From assembly GCA_035607055.1 (NCBI GenBank), contig DATNDC010000214.1, forward strand, positions 3,911 through 67,910: DNA of 64,000 bases. The letters run 5' to 3'. Origin of the DNA: Polyangia bacterium. Its GTDB lineage: Bacteria > Myxococcota_A > Polyangia > Fen-1088. Both the position numbers and the translations under genes were made by a program. How positions within the stretch are numbered: the stretch's first letter is position 1; every line of letters starts with the position of its first letter. Under the pieces are notes generated by a model. It worked only from the letters and a program-made list of their open reading frames with translations. It was not told the origin of the DNA and ran no database searches. Below, in pieces: positions 28,210 to 39,407 of the stretch.

Positions 28210-29853
28210 ATGGACCTTCGGCCCCTGAAGGCGCTGCTGGTTTGGCCCAAGTTTCCGAAAAGCTACTGGGGGCAAGAGTACGCGCTGCCCTTCATCGGCA
28301 AGGGGGCCGTGCTGCCGCCGCTGGGGCTGACTACGGCGGCGGCGCTGCTGCCGCGCCACTGGAGCCTGCGGCTCGTCGACCTGAACATCGAGCTGCTCGA
28401 CGACGAGGCGCTGCGCTGGGCCGACGTCGTGATGATCTCGGCGATGCGGATCCAGCGCGAGTCGTTCCAGGAGGTGGTGCGGCGGGCGCGAGGCTTCGAC
28501 AAGCGGATCGTCGCCGGCGGACCGTACGTGACGACGGCGCCCGACGAGATCGCCGGGGTCGATCACATCGTGGTGGGCGAAGCCGAGGACGTGCTCCCCG
28601 ATCTGGCGCGACGCCTGGAGGCGGGCGGCCCAGCCCCGGCCAGGGTGCAGGCGCCCGCGCGTCCGGACGTGAGCAAGACGCCCGCGCCGCGCTTCGACCT
28701 GCTGCGCATCGATCGCTACGACTGCATGGGGGTGCAGTTCTCGCGCGGCTGTCCGTTCAGCTGCGAGTTCTGCGACATCATCGAGATCTTCGGCCGCGTG
28801 CCGCGCACCAAGAGCCCGGAGCAATTCCTGGCCGAGCTGGACGCCGTGCGCGCGACCGGCTTCCGCGGGCCGGTGTTCGTCGTCGACGACAACTTCATCG
28901 GCAACAAGGTGGCGGCCCGCAAGATGCTGGCGCGACTCGGCCCCTGGAGCCGCGCGCACGGCGAGCCGTTCGACTTCTTCACCGAGGCGTCGGTCAACCT
29001 CGCCGACGACGACGGCCTCATCGCGGGCCTGGTGGCGGCCAACTTTTCGGCTGTGTTCCTGGGGATCGAGACGCCGTCGCGGGAGGCGCTGCTCGAGACC
29101 AAGAAGCGCCAGAACACGCACCTCGACCTCGAACAGTCGGTCGAGAAACTGGTGCGCGCGGGGCTGGACGTGATGGCGGGGTTCATCGTCGGGTTCGACG
29201 CCGACGACGAGAGCATCTTCGAGCGCCAGCGCGCCTTCATCGCCCGCTCGCCGATCAGCATGGCGATGATCGGCATCCTGACCGCGCTGCCCGGGACACA
29301 GCTCTCCCGGCGGCTGGCGGCGGAGGGGCGGCTGCACGGTGACGCCGAGGGGGACGCCGCGTATCGTCCGAACTTCGACCCGAAGATGCCGGAGGCGGCG
29401 CTGGTCGAGGGTTACGGCCGGCTGCTCGCCAGCCTTTACGAGCCGCGCGCCTATTTCGCGCGGGCGCTGCGCGCGGTCTTTCTGCAACGGGATCTGCCCG
29501 CGCCGCGCTACCGGCGCTCGCTGCGCTATTCGCTGCGCGTGCTCTGCCGATCGATCTGGCGGCAGGGGGTGCGGGGTCGCTATCGCGGCGCTTACTGGCA
29601 GTTCCTGATGCGCGCGGCGCTGATCGCGCCGCGCCGGTTCGCGCGCGCGTTCGCGCTGGCCGTCCACGGCGAGCACATGATCCGCTACACCTTCGAGGAC
29701 GTGCTGCCGCGGGTGGCGGCGCCGGCGCCGCGTCGATCGGCGCGGCGGGCCACCGTCGCAGACGCCCTCGTGCCGTTGCGGCGAATCGTCGGCGCCGCGC
29801 GCGCCGCCGCGGCGCCCGCCCCCGTCGAGAGCGACTGCGCGCCGACGCCCTGA
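28210..29853 (+). CDS. B12-binding radical SAM protein (class B rSAM, DUF4070-type C-terminus)
   Basis: N-terminal cobalamin-binding-like Rossmann segment. Radical SAM motif QFSRGCPFSCEFCDI (CxxxCxxC). 547 aa. Confidence 0.8.
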   Translation: MDLRPLKALLVWPKFPKSYWGQEYALPFIGKGAVLPPLGLTTAAALLPRHWSLRLVDLNIELLDDEALRWADVVMISAMRIQRESFQEVVRRARGFDKRIVAGGPYVTTAPDEIAGVDHIVVGEAEDVLPDLARRLEAGGPAPARVQAPARPDVSKTPAPRFDLLRIDRYDCMGVQFSRGCPFSCEFCDIIEIFGRVPRTKSPEQFLAELDAVRATGFRGPVFVVDDNFIGNKVAARKMLARLGPWSRAHGEPFDFFTEASVNLADDDGLIAGLVAANFSAVFLGIETPSREALLETKKRQNTHLDLEQSVEKLVRAGLDVMAGFIVGFDADDESIFERQRAFIARSPISMAMIGILTALPGTQLSRRLAAEGRLHGDAEGDAAYRPNFDPKMPEAALVEGYGRLLASLYEPRAYFARALRAVFLQRDLPAPRYRRSLRYSLRVLCRSIWRQGVRGRYRGAYWQFLMRAALIAPRRFARAFALAVHGEHMIRYTFEDVLPRVAAPAPRRSARRATVADALVPLRRIVGAARAAAAPAPVESDCAPTP

Positions 29854-29940
29854 GAGCACGCGCGGCAGGCGCTTCGGCCCCGGGCGTACAGAGAATCTCC
29901 GAATCTCTGTCGACTTCGCAACAGCCTTCCCGGTTCGGGG

Positions 29941-31182
29941 TTGTCGGTCTCGAATCGTTATTACTTTGCCGCCGTGAGGTTGGTTGATCTGGGTGGTGGG
30001 GGGTTGGTGGTGTCGTTGTCGCTGGCGTCGCTCGCGGCGATAGGGTGCGGGTCGAGCGGCGGCGCCAAGGGCGTCGGCGCCATCGGCGACGACGACGGCG
30101 GGACCGGCAGCACGAGCGGCGACAACGGCGGCGGAAGTTGGGCCACCGCCGACGGCGGCGGCGTCGCCTGTCCCAGCGCAGGGGCCGCCCCCACGACGGC
30201 GGCCCGACCCGACAGCGTCAATTACGTCGCCGGCGTGACGGTGACGACGGTCGCGGGCGGCGCGAGCGCCGCCAACTTCACCAATCCGGTGGGCGTCGTG
30301 GTCGAGCCGAGCGGGAGCTTCCTCGTCAGCGACTTCGACGACAATCTGCTGGTTCGGGCGGCAGCCACCGGCGGCGCGATCACGCCCCTGACGTCGCAGG
30401 CGAATTTCACCCGGCCGTACGCGCTCGCCTACGACGGCAAGCGCGGCATTCTCTACGCGCAGACCGACGCCGACCCGAGCGGCCACCACGATCACGAGAC
30501 CACCGCGACCATCTGGACCGTCGACCGCGGGAGCGGCGCCGCCACCGCGCTGTGGCCCGACGTCGGCGACACCCGCGGCATGGGCGTCCTCTCCGACGGC
30601 CGGGTGGTGCTCGCCGACCGTGCCCATCAGGTCATCTGGCTCGTCGATCCGACGGCCGGCACACACCAGGTGCTGGCGGGGAGCCTCGGCTGCGTCGGCG
30701 GCGCGGACGGCACCGGCTCGACCGCCACGTTCACCACACCCTACGGCCTGGCCGTGCTCCCCGACGACAGCATCGTGGTGGCCGACTACGGCCTGCGAAC
30801 GCTGCGCAAGGTCACGACCGCCGGCGTGGTCACCACCCTCGCGGGCGACGGCGGCCCGGCCGGGACCATCGACGGCCCGGGCTCGAGCGCCCGCTTCGTC
30901 AACCCGCAGGCGGTGGCCGCCGACGCGACCGGCGTGGTCTACGTCTCGGACATCGGCGCCCACCGGATCCGCCGCGTGGGGACCGACGGGACGGTCATGA
31001 CCCTGGCCGGCTCCGGCACCGCCGACTTCGCGGACGGCGCCGGCAACGTGGCCGACTTCTACGGCGGCGAAGGGCTGGCTGTCTCGGCGGACGGCAAGAC
31101 GGTCTACGTGGCCGACGGGACGGCGGGGAGCGATACGCCCGGGCCTTACCATCGCCTCCGCGCGATCACGATCGGGCAGTGA
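29941..31182 (+). CDS. NHL/beta-propeller repeat lipoprotein
   Basis: Lipobox ...SLAAIGCGSS within the N-terminus, so the true start is probably an internal GTG/TTG. A Gly/Asp-rich linker follows. Repeated ...VADxxNxxIRxV.. / GxAxFxxPxGxAV blades are typical of NHL repeats. Confidence 0.6.
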   Translation: MSVSNRYYFAAVRLVDLGGGGLVVSLSLASLAAIGCGSSGGAKGVGAIGDDDGGTGSTSGDNGGGSWATADGGGVACPSAGAAPTTAARPDSVNYVAGVTVTTVAGGASAANFTNPVGVVVEPSGSFLVSDFDDNLLVRAAATGGAITPLTSQANFTRPYALAYDGKRGILYAQTDADPSGHHDHETTATIWTVDRGSGAATALWPDVGDTRGMGVLSDGRVVLADRAHQVIWLVDPTAGTHQVLAGSLGCVGGADGTGSTATFTTPYGLAVLPDDSIVVADYGLRTLRKVTTAGVVTTLAGDGGPAGTIDGPGSSARFVNPQAVAADATGVVYVSDIGAHRIRRVGTDGTVMTLAGSGTADFADGAGNVADFYGGEGLAVSADGKTVYVADGTAGSDTPGPYHRLRAITIGQ

Positions 31183-31287
31183 CCGACACAACCTGTCGGA
31201 TCGGGCCCCCGGTCAACGCCGACGTACACCTCGTCGTCGACGCCTCCGACGAATCGAGTTGATCCGCGCGTGCCGCCCGGAGGCGGC

Positions 31288-33615
31288 CTAGTTGGCGATC
31301 GGGCGCGGCACGGCGTCGACCATGATGTTGTTGGTCTCGTCCGTTTCGGTGAGGGCGTTCTGAGGATCGAGGACGACGCCGGTGTAGTAGCTGCCGGCCG
31401 CCACGCTCGGGATGTTGCAGCTGAAGGTGAACCCGGCCTCCGATTGACCGGGCACGGCCCCCAGCGTGACCGTGCAGAGGAGGTGATCCGAACCGCCGAT
31501 CGACATGTCGGTCGACAGCATCACACTGGCATCGAACCCGGGGATCGTGTCGGGACCGGTGTTCGCGACCGTGAGCATGAAGGTGATGTTCTGCCCCACC
31601 GACAGGTTCTGCCCGCCGTTGTCGTCAAAGGTGCCGCCGAGATCCCAGGTCGGCTCGGCGACCGTGATCGTGGCGGGCGCGACCGAGATGTTGTTGGTCT
31701 CGTCGGTCTCGAAGACGTCGTCCCGATCGTCGGCCTTGGCGATCACGTACCAGGCCCCCGAGTCCATCGCCGGGATGGCGCAGCTCTCGCTGACGTGGGT
31801 CTGGGCCCCGGCTGCCAGCCCGGCCGGGACCGCGACCTGGCAGACCAGAGGTGTGTTCGCGGCCAGCGTGGGGGTGAGCGACAGGTAGAACCCGACGTTG
31901 AAGGGGCCGGCCGCGTCGACGCCGACGTTGTGCGCGTCGGCCGAGAAGGTGACGTTCCCCGAAAAGGGGACGTCGGTGAGGTCGGTGGCGGCCCCGCTGG
32001 CGGTCAGATCCGGCGACGGCGCGGCGATGGTCAGCGTGCCGGCGGCGATGACGCCGTTGTTGGTCTCGTCGGTCTCGGCCAGCACGTTGGCCGGGTCGAG
32101 CACCGCCCCCAGGTGGTAGGCGCCGCGCAGGCGCGGCACGGTGCAGGAGACCGGGATGACCGCCTGCGCGCCGGCGCCGAGCGTCGTCGTGGAGGTGGTC
32201 GTGCAGAAGCGGAGGTCATTGGCGTCGATGCCCCCGTCGCTCGAGAGCAGCAGGGAGATCGGGATCGAGCTGACGTCGACGTTGCTCTTGTTCTGGACGG
32301 TCACCGAGACCGCCAGCGCGTCGCCGGGGGCCAGCGCCGCGGTGGCGCCGGACGAGACCGCCACGGCCGCCAGATCGTAGCTCGGCGTGCCGATGAACAT
32401 CCGGCTTCCGACCGCCGTATTGTTGGTCTCCTCGCTCTCGGTCACCTCGTTCTTGCTGTCGAGGACGACGCCCGGATAGTAGTAACCGGCGGGGACCGCG
32501 GCGACGAGCTCGGTCATCGCGTAGTAGGCCGGCGCCCAGACCGCCGATCCGATCCCGAACGGCGACATGGGGCCCGTCACCGTCAGCGTCCACAAAGGGA
32601 CGTCGTTCTGATCGCCGATGACGTTGTCCGGGGAGAGCACCACCTGGACCGAGTGAGGCGCGGCGTCGACCACGCCGCGGTTGGTCTCGGTCAGCCCGAA
32701 GTGGAAGGTGTCCTGGCCTTGATTCTGGGCCTCCTCCGCGACGAGCTGGCTAACCACCAGATCGGGCAGCTTGACGGGGGTCGTGCCGCCGGTGCCGCCC
32801 GTCCCCGCCGGCCCGCCCGACCAGACGCAGCCCGGCTGGCTGGCGCAGGCCGCTCCGGTCAGGCTGGCGCAGGGGGTCGGCGTGCCGGTGCAGACCGCCG
32901 CGGCGACCTGACAGCCGGCCTGCGCGGCGCAGGCGGAGCGCGGCACGTTCTTGCAGGCGGTGGCGCTCCCTTCGCAGTAGGTCGATTTCGCCGGCGTCCA
33001 GTTGCAGGCGCTCATGCCGCTGCAGCTTGTCTCCGAGGTGATGGTCTCGCAGTCGATGATCGTCCCCACGCAGTTCCCCTGGTCGTAGTGGCAGCCGGTG
33101 ACGGAGTTGCAGAGGTTGAGATCGTTTCCGATCTCGTTGCACGAGCTATAGAAGTTGGTGCAGATGCCGGCGTCCGAGGGGATGCCGCATCCAAGCTCCG
33201 CGGCGCACGGCCCGGCCTGGCCGTCGGAAGCGCTGCACGGCATCGGCGTGCCCGTGCAGCCGCCGCTGGTCGCGCTGCAGCCCGGGAAGAGATCGCAGTC
33301 GGACGCCGAGCAGGCGCTGGTCGGCGTCCCCGTGCACGCGCCGCTGGTCCCGCCGCTGGCGTTGCTCCCGCCGAGCCCGCTGCCGCCGAGCCCGCTGGTG
33401 CCGCCCGTGGCGCTGCCGCCTGTCCCGGGGTGGCCGCCCGTCGTGGTCTGGCCGCCCGTCCCCAGGTGGCCGCCCGTCCCCACGCCGGCGCCGCCGCCCG
33501 CGCCACCCGAACCAGCGCCGGTCCCGCCGCCCCCGCCGCCACAGCCCGCCAGCCATCCGACGAGCGCCAGCACGCCCGCTCCTGCCACCCTCGTCCCCAG
33601 CTTAAGCGATACCAT
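31288..33615 (-). CDS. Large lipoprotein with Cys-rich N-terminal region and four CARDB-like repeats
   Basis: Start at MVSLKLGTRVAGAGVLALVGWLAGCGG (lipobox). About 30 Cys fall within the first 300 aa. Four repeats each end in the ETDETNN / ESEETNN motif typical of CARDB domains. Confidence 0.65.
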   Translation of the reverse strand: MVSLKLGTRVAGAGVLALVGWLAGCGGGGGGTGAGSGGAGGGAGVGTGGHLGTGGQTTTGGHPGTGGSATGGTSGLGGSGLGGSNASGGTSGACTGTPTSACSASDCDLFPGCSATSGGCTGTPMPCSASDGQAGPCAAELGCGIPSDAGICTNFYSSCNEIGNDLNLCNSVTGCHYDQGNCVGTIIDCETITSETSCSGMSACNWTPAKSTYCEGSATACKNVPRSACAAQAGCQVAAAVCTGTPTPCASLTGAACASQPGCVWSGGPAGTGGTGGTTPVKLPDLVVSQLVAEEAQNQGQDTFHFGLTETNRGVVDAAPHSVQVVLSPDNVIGDQNDVPLWTLTVTGPMSPFGIGSAVWAPAYYAMTELVAAVPAGYYYPGVVLDSKNEVTESEETNNTAVGSRMFIGTPSYDLAAVAVSSGATAALAPGDALAVSVTVQNKSNVDVSSIPISLLLSSDGGIDANDLRFCTTTSTTTLGAGAQAVIPVSCTVPRLRGAYHLGAVLDPANVLAETDETNNGVIAAGTLTIAAPSPDLTASGAATDLTDVPFSGNVTFSADAHNVGVDAAGPFNVGFYLSLTPTLAANTPLVCQVAVPAGLAAGAQTHVSESCAIPAMDSGAWYVIAKADDRDDVFETDETNNISVAPATITVAEPTWDLGGTFDDNGGQNLSVGQNITFMLTVANTGPDTIPGFDASVMLSTDMSIGGSDHLLCTVTLGAVPGQSEAGFTFSCNIPSVAAGSYYTGVVLDPQNALTETDETNNIMVDAVPRPIAN

Positions 33616-33673
33616 GGCGCGAATCTCCCACGCCGGCCCACCGGGGAACAGAGCATTCTGCCGAGAGCATTGA

Positions 33674-33790
33674 ATGACCTCATCGGGCGTGCAGTCAGCC
33701 GACCCACGCATCACCACCGAGGTCTACGGCCACCTCGTGCCCGACTTCCTGCGCGCGGAGATCGATCGGCTTCACTTCGGGATCGCGCCG
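33674..33790 (+). pseudogene. Remnant of tyrosine-recombinase (phage integrase) C-terminus
   Basis: The translation ...ITTEVYGHLVPDFLRAEIDRLHFG matches the conserved integrase C-terminal box (..TT..Y.HL....LR.A...L) around the catalytic Tyr. No upstream integrase body exists in any frame. The rest of the listed ORF (to 33997) is antisense of the tRNA. It lies beside the 3' end of tRNA-Arg. Confidence 0.35.
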
Positions 33791-33931
33791 CCGCCGAAAC
33801 CGGCCAGCGATTCGCCACCGTCAGCAGCCGTTCCCACGGCGCTTTCTACATCTGTGCTACAGCCGGGCCCGAGCGCGGCCTCTGACGGAAAAACCGGGCC
33901 AGCACCGGCAAACGATTCCAACGACTTCGAT

Positions 33932-34008
33932 GGGTGGGCGCGGCGGGATTCGAACCCACGACCCCCGGCTTCGGAGGCCGGTACTCTATCCAACTGAGCT
34001 ACGCGCCC
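33932..34008 (-). tRNA. tRNA-Arg (anticodon CCG)
   Basis: Hand-folded from the reverse complement of 33932-34008: GGGCGCG-UA-GCUC-AGUUGGAUA-GAGU-A-CCGGC-CUCCGAA-GCCGG-GGGUC-GUGGG-UUCGAAU-CCCGC-CGCGCCC-A-CC. This gives a 7-bp acceptor, 4-bp D stem, 5-bp anticodon stem with loop CU-CCG-AA, and a T-arm with GUUCGAAUC. Confidence 0.85.
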
Positions 34009-34164
34009 GGATCGTGATGCGCCGCGGAGACTATCCAAATCGGGCGCCCGCGGCCAGCCCTCGTTTTCATTGGTTTTCCCCAAAGCCGGCCTGCCCCCGC
34101 CGGCGGAATCTTGCCGTTCCGCGTCACCAAATTTGCATGAGGACGCGAATGCCCCGTCTAGCGG

Positions 34165-34839
34165 GTGGAGGGTGAGATGAATTCGACGCCGCAAACTTTG
34201 GGTCAGCGCGACGAGATCGAGCCACGCCGGCAGGCCGAGACCGCACGCGTGGTCCTGGTCGACGACAACCAGCTGCGCGCCTCGGCGTTGGCCGCCGCGC
34301 TCAAGGGCGCGTCCGACGCGATCGTGGTGGTCACCGGACCCGACAGCCGGACGGTGCATCACGAGCTGTTCCCCGCGGACCTGGTGCTCCTGGCGCTGGG
34401 CGGCCGGCAGGTCTCGGCGCTGGCCACCGGCGCTGAAGCCGTCCAGCGGAACCCCTACGCCGAGGTCATCTTCTACTGCGACGACCCCGACGCGCCGGAG
34501 GTCTCCGCGGCGGCCGTCCTGGGCATCACCCGCATCGTCCCCGCGCAGAGTATGGCCCCCTGGCTCACCCGCGCCGGCGCGCTGCTCGCCCGCGGCGCCT
34601 ACCTACGGCGGATGGCGGCCGCCACGATCGCCGCCTCGCCCGAGCCGCCCACGCTGGCCACCGCCGCGCTGGACGCCGCGCGGCTGCCGCTGCCGACCGC
34701 CGAGATGCGCTTCCGCGAGAGCTACATCCGGTGTCTCCTGACCCAGAGCGGAAGCCGGCAGGAGGCGGCGCGGCGGGCGGGCGTCCCCTACCGGACGATG
34801 TGCGAGATGATCCGGAAGCTCGGCATCTCCACCAAGTAG
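34165..34839 (+). CDS. Fis-family (HTH_8) transcriptional regulator with degenerate receiver-like N-domain
   Basis: ORF of 224 aa. A GGAGGG RBS lies upstream of the ATG. The N-terminal alpha/beta segment (VVLVDDNQLRASALAAAL...) resembles a receiver but lacks a clear phospho-acceptor context. C-terminal ...EAARRAGVPYRTMCEMIRKLGIST is a Fis-type HTH. Confidence 0.6.
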   Translation: MEGEMNSTPQTLGQRDEIEPRRQAETARVVLVDDNQLRASALAAALKGASDAIVVVTGPDSRTVHHELFPADLVLLALGGRQVSALATGAEAVQRNPYAEVIFYCDDPDAPEVSAAAVLGITRIVPAQSMAPWLTRAGALLARGAYLRRMAAATIAASPEPPTLATAALDAARLPLPTAEMRFRESYIRCLLTQSGSRQEAARRAGVPYRTMCEMIRKLGISTK

Positions 34840-34853
34840 CCCCTGCGGGACAG

Positions 34854-35315
34854 TCAGGGCTTTCGCCGCGAGGCGAGATCGTCGGCGGCGGCCTCCTCGC
34901 GCCGCTGCCGATCCCGGCGCTGCTGAGCTTCCCGGCGAGTGATCGCCTTGTCCACCACCTCGCGTCGCTGGCGTGCCCGAAGGTGACTCGCCCGCGCGGC
35001 CAGCTCGGCCTCCAGGGCGGCGCGCAGGGGGCCCGTCCGATGGCGCTCGAGCGCCTCGACCGCGGCCTCCGCCTCCGCTTCCAAGCGCGCCCAAAACCGG
35101 CGCGCCGTGAGGGCGTCGCCGGCGGTCGAGAGGGGACGTTCGGCCGCTCGAGCCGCCGCCACCGCGGCGCGCGCTTCGCTCGTCCGTGCGACCAGCCGGT
35201 CGCGCTCGGCCTCGGCGCGCCGCACGGCCGCCATCGCTTCGGCGAGGGCTTGCCGAGCTTGCCGCTCCCCGCTAACCCGCAGGTCGCGCAGCGTGTAAAG
35301 CGCGTAACTGGACAT
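34854..35315 (-). CDS. Coiled-coil protein (Arg/Ala/Glu-rich), unknown function
   Basis: ORF of 153 aa. Heptad-like RxxxAExxAAxxR periodicity throughout. Resembles FliJ/YscO-type coiled coils only in composition. Confidence 0.4.
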   Translation of the reverse strand: MSSYALYTLRDLRVSGERQARQALAEAMAAVRRAEAERDRLVARTSEARAAVAAARAAERPLSTAGDALTARRFWARLEAEAEAAVEALERHRTGPLRAALEAELAARASHLRARQRREVVDKAITRREAQQRRDRQRREEAAADDLASRRKP

Positions 35316-35351
35316 TGAATCTTGCGGGTCGAGATCCTACGCTCGACGGCG

Positions 35352-37243
35352 ATGGCCGCCAGTCCCGACCAGATGCCCGCGCGCCGGTACCGCATCGAGC
35401 GGTACCTGACCGAGGGGGGAATGGGCGCCATCTACGTCGGCAAGAAGCTCGGCCCCGGCGGCTTCGAGAAGGAGGTGGTGCTCAAGCAGCTGCTCCCCGA
35501 GTACACCGCGCGGCCCGAGTTTCGCGATCTGTTCTTTCGCGAGGCGAAGATCTCCGCCACGCTGGATCACGCCAACATCGTCCACGTCTTCGACCTGGTC
35601 GAGTCGGACGAGTCGCTGTTCATCGTCATGGAGTACGTGCGGGGCGTCGACCTGCGCACGATCATCCGCCGCTCGAAGCTGCGCCGCCGCGAGCTGTCGC
35701 CGGCGGCGGCGCTGCACATCACGCTCGAAGTGCTGGCCGGCCTCGCCTACGCGCACAACCGCCGCACGCCGACCGGCGCCTCGATGGCCATCATCCACCG
35801 CGACGTCTCGCCGTCGAACATCCTCTGCTCGGTGCAGGGCGAGGTGAAGCTGTCGGACTTCGGCATCGCCAAGGCCGCCACCCACTCGTCGGCGTTTTAC
35901 CGGGTGCGCGGCAAGGTCGGCTACATGTCGCCCGAGCAGGCGCGCAGCCAGCCGATCGACCACCGGACCGATCTCTACTCCGTGGCGGTCTGCCTCTACG
36001 AGGCGCTGACCGCCGAGCGCCTGTTCGTGGGCGATCTCAGCACGCCCGCCGACGTCATCTACGCGCAGCCGATCGTGCCGCCGTCGCAGAAGCGCAAGGG
36101 GCTGCCGACCGCGCTCGACGTGGTGCTGACCACGGCGCTCTCGCCCGATCCCCACGACCGCTACCAGGATTCGGTCGCCTTCGCCGACGCGCTCCGCCAG
36201 GTGGCGCACCGGCACGGGCTGCTCTACTCGGCGCCTCAACTGGGCGAGCACCTGCGCTACATCCTGGGCAGCGATTCGCAGAAGTGGCTCACCGACGACA
36301 AGGGGGCCGCCTCGGTCGATCCCTCGACGCAGAAGATCCCCGCCAAGGAGCTCGAGGGGAAAGAAGCACAGTCGATTGGCGTCGTTGAAGCGCCGGCCTT
36401 GTACGTGATGAGCGGAAACGACATGGTTAACCCTCCGGTGTCGCCCAAGAATCCGAAATCCGATCCGCTGCGCCGGCTGCCGCGCGTGGCCGTGTCGAGC
36501 CTCGAGGTCCCCGTCGAGGAGGAGGATCCCAACGACGTGCCGACGCGCGTGCGGCACGCCGGTCCCGAGGCCACGCCGCCGCCCCCGACGGTCACGCCGC
36601 CGCCGCCCTTGCGCGCGCCGCCGGCCCCGCCCCGACCACCGCGCCGGAACACCCTCCCGCCGCCGCTGCCGGCGCCCACGCCGCCGCCGGCGCTCCCCGA
36701 GTCGCCGTTCGACATCCCGCCCACGCCGGGACCCGTGACGGCCGAAGAGTTCCCGCCCACGCCGCCGCCGTACGCGGCGCCGTATGGCGGACCTTCACCC
36801 TTCGGAGCACCCGCGGCCTTCGGAGCGCCCGCGGTCTTCGGGGCGCCGCACGTCCCCGGCCCGCCGCCCGGCCTGCCGCGACCGTCCGGCTACCTGCCGA
36901 ACGGCGGCTTCAACGCGGCGATCCGCGCGCCGGCGGCACCGCCGCCCGTCTACGAGACGGGGACCGGGAGCTACAACCTGAACGCCGGGTTCAACCCGAA
37001 CAACGGATTCAACCTGGCACCGCCGGAGACGATCGACTTCGGCGCCGACACGATCCCAGTGGCCGAGCGTCGCTCGGGTCCGCCTGGTCTGGTGATTCTG
37101 ATCGTGCTGCTCGGCGCGCTCATCGGTGGCGCCAAGCTGGGACAGCTGGCCACGCGCGGTGATCTGCCGGCGCTGGCGGCGGCGAACGCGGCGGCGGAGA
37201 CGAGCAAGGTCCCCACGGCGGCGCGGTCCGCTTCCGACCACAA

Positions 37244-37247
<4 letters not shown>
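35352..37247 (+). CDS. Hanks-type Ser/Thr protein kinase with long Pro-rich linker and C-terminal TM helix
   Basis: Start proposed at MAASPDQ. The ATG at 35322 is an alternative. GGMGAIYVGKK, VLKQL, HRDVSPSNILC, DFGIAKA, SPEQ. The Pro-rich region (PPPTVTPPPPLRAPPAPPRPP...) is followed by a TM (LVILIVLLGALIGGA). Confidence 0.85.
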
Positions 37248-38581
<1,334 letters not shown>

Positions 38582-38582
38582 C

Positions 38583-39347
38583 GTGAAGCTTCTCGACGAG
38601 CTGCGCGCGCGGGTCAGGGAGCTCGGGCGCGAGATCGCGGGGGGCGTCGCCGATTCGGGGCACTCGGCGATCTACCTGCGCCAGCTCCTGCGGGGGAATC
38701 GCGCCCCGCACGTCCCGGCGGCCCCCACCCCCGAGGCCGGCCGGCGGCCCGTGCTGCTGATCCACGGCTACCTGGCCACGCGTGGCTCGCTCCATCTGCT
38801 GGAACGCCACCTGGCCGAACGCGGTCTCATCGTCATCAGCTATCCGCTGGGGTTCCCGGTCAACCTGGGCGACATCCGCGACTCGGCCGGCCTCATCGCC
38901 CGCAAGGTGGAGTCGATCGTCGCCCAGACCGGCGTCACCGAGATCGACGTCGTCGGTCACTCCCTGGGCGGCCTGGTCGGCCTCTATTACCTCAAGCGGC
39001 TGGGGGGCCGACACCGGGTCCGGCGCCTGGTCATGCTGGGGACGCCCGCGCAGGGGACCTGGTCGGCGTTGCTTGGCCTGGTGACGGCGCCGCTCGGGCG
39101 CGCCAGCCTGCAGCTGCTCCCCGGCAGCCCCTTCCTGCGCGAGCTCGGTGAGATGCCGCTGCCGAAAGGGGCCGACGTCGTCTCGATCGGCGCCGTGCGC
39201 GACTGGCTGGCGCCGGTGGCGACCACCGTGCTCGACGGCGTTCGCCACATCGCGCTCCCCACCGGCCACTCGGGCCTCCTCGTCGACGGCGAGGTGGCGA
39301 AGGTGGTCGCCGACCTGCTGCGCGAGGACCCCGACAGCCCCGGTTAA
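38583..39347 (+). CDS. Alpha/beta-hydrolase (lipase/esterase-like)
   Basis: GTG start 2 nt after the upstream stop. Nucleophile elbow VVGHSLGGLVG. 254 aa. Confidence 0.7.
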   Translation: MKLLDELRARVRELGREIAGGVADSGHSAIYLRQLLRGNRAPHVPAAPTPEAGRRPVLLIHGYLATRGSLHLLERHLAERGLIVISYPLGFPVNLGDIRDSAGLIARKVESIVAQTGVTEIDVVGHSLGGLVGLYYLKRLGGRHRVRRLVMLGTPAQGTWSALLGLVTAPLGRASLQLLPGSPFLRELGEMPLPKGADVVSIGAVRDWLAPVATTVLDGVRHIALPTGHSGLLVDGEVAKVVADLLREDPDSPG

Positions 39348-39407
39348 AACTGGCCCCGCCAGCCCCCCGTTGACTGAACAGAAGCGGGACCCTAAAATTG
39401 CTAGGTT

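Noticed and set aside
28114-31191. 1025-aa ORF on the minus strand, and similar very long ORFs (1683..3707, 1769..3694, 5827..7845, 5858..7828, 14043..15932, 22022..24178, 24436..26355, 26368..28122, 31270..33885, 36971..38557, 45634..48015, 48010..49887, 49764..51572, 55311..57509, 59422..60957)
   Set aside because: They are antisense or out-of-frame to genes with clear catalytic motifs. Their translations are Arg/Gly/Pro/Ala low complexity, typical of stop-codon-poor 70% GC DNA, and have no domain signatures.
33674-33997. 107-aa ORF as an intact gene
   Set aside because: Only the first 36 aa or so resemble anything (an integrase C-terminus). The remainder is the antisense of the tRNA-Arg gene. 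It is treated as a remnant, not a functional CDS.
39348-39407. Possible sigma-54 promoter (GG...TTGCT) upstream of the FHA-DUF4388 gene
   Set aside because: The GG-to-GC spacing is 11 rather than 10 nt and the -24 element is not TGGCAC. The consensus match is insufficient.
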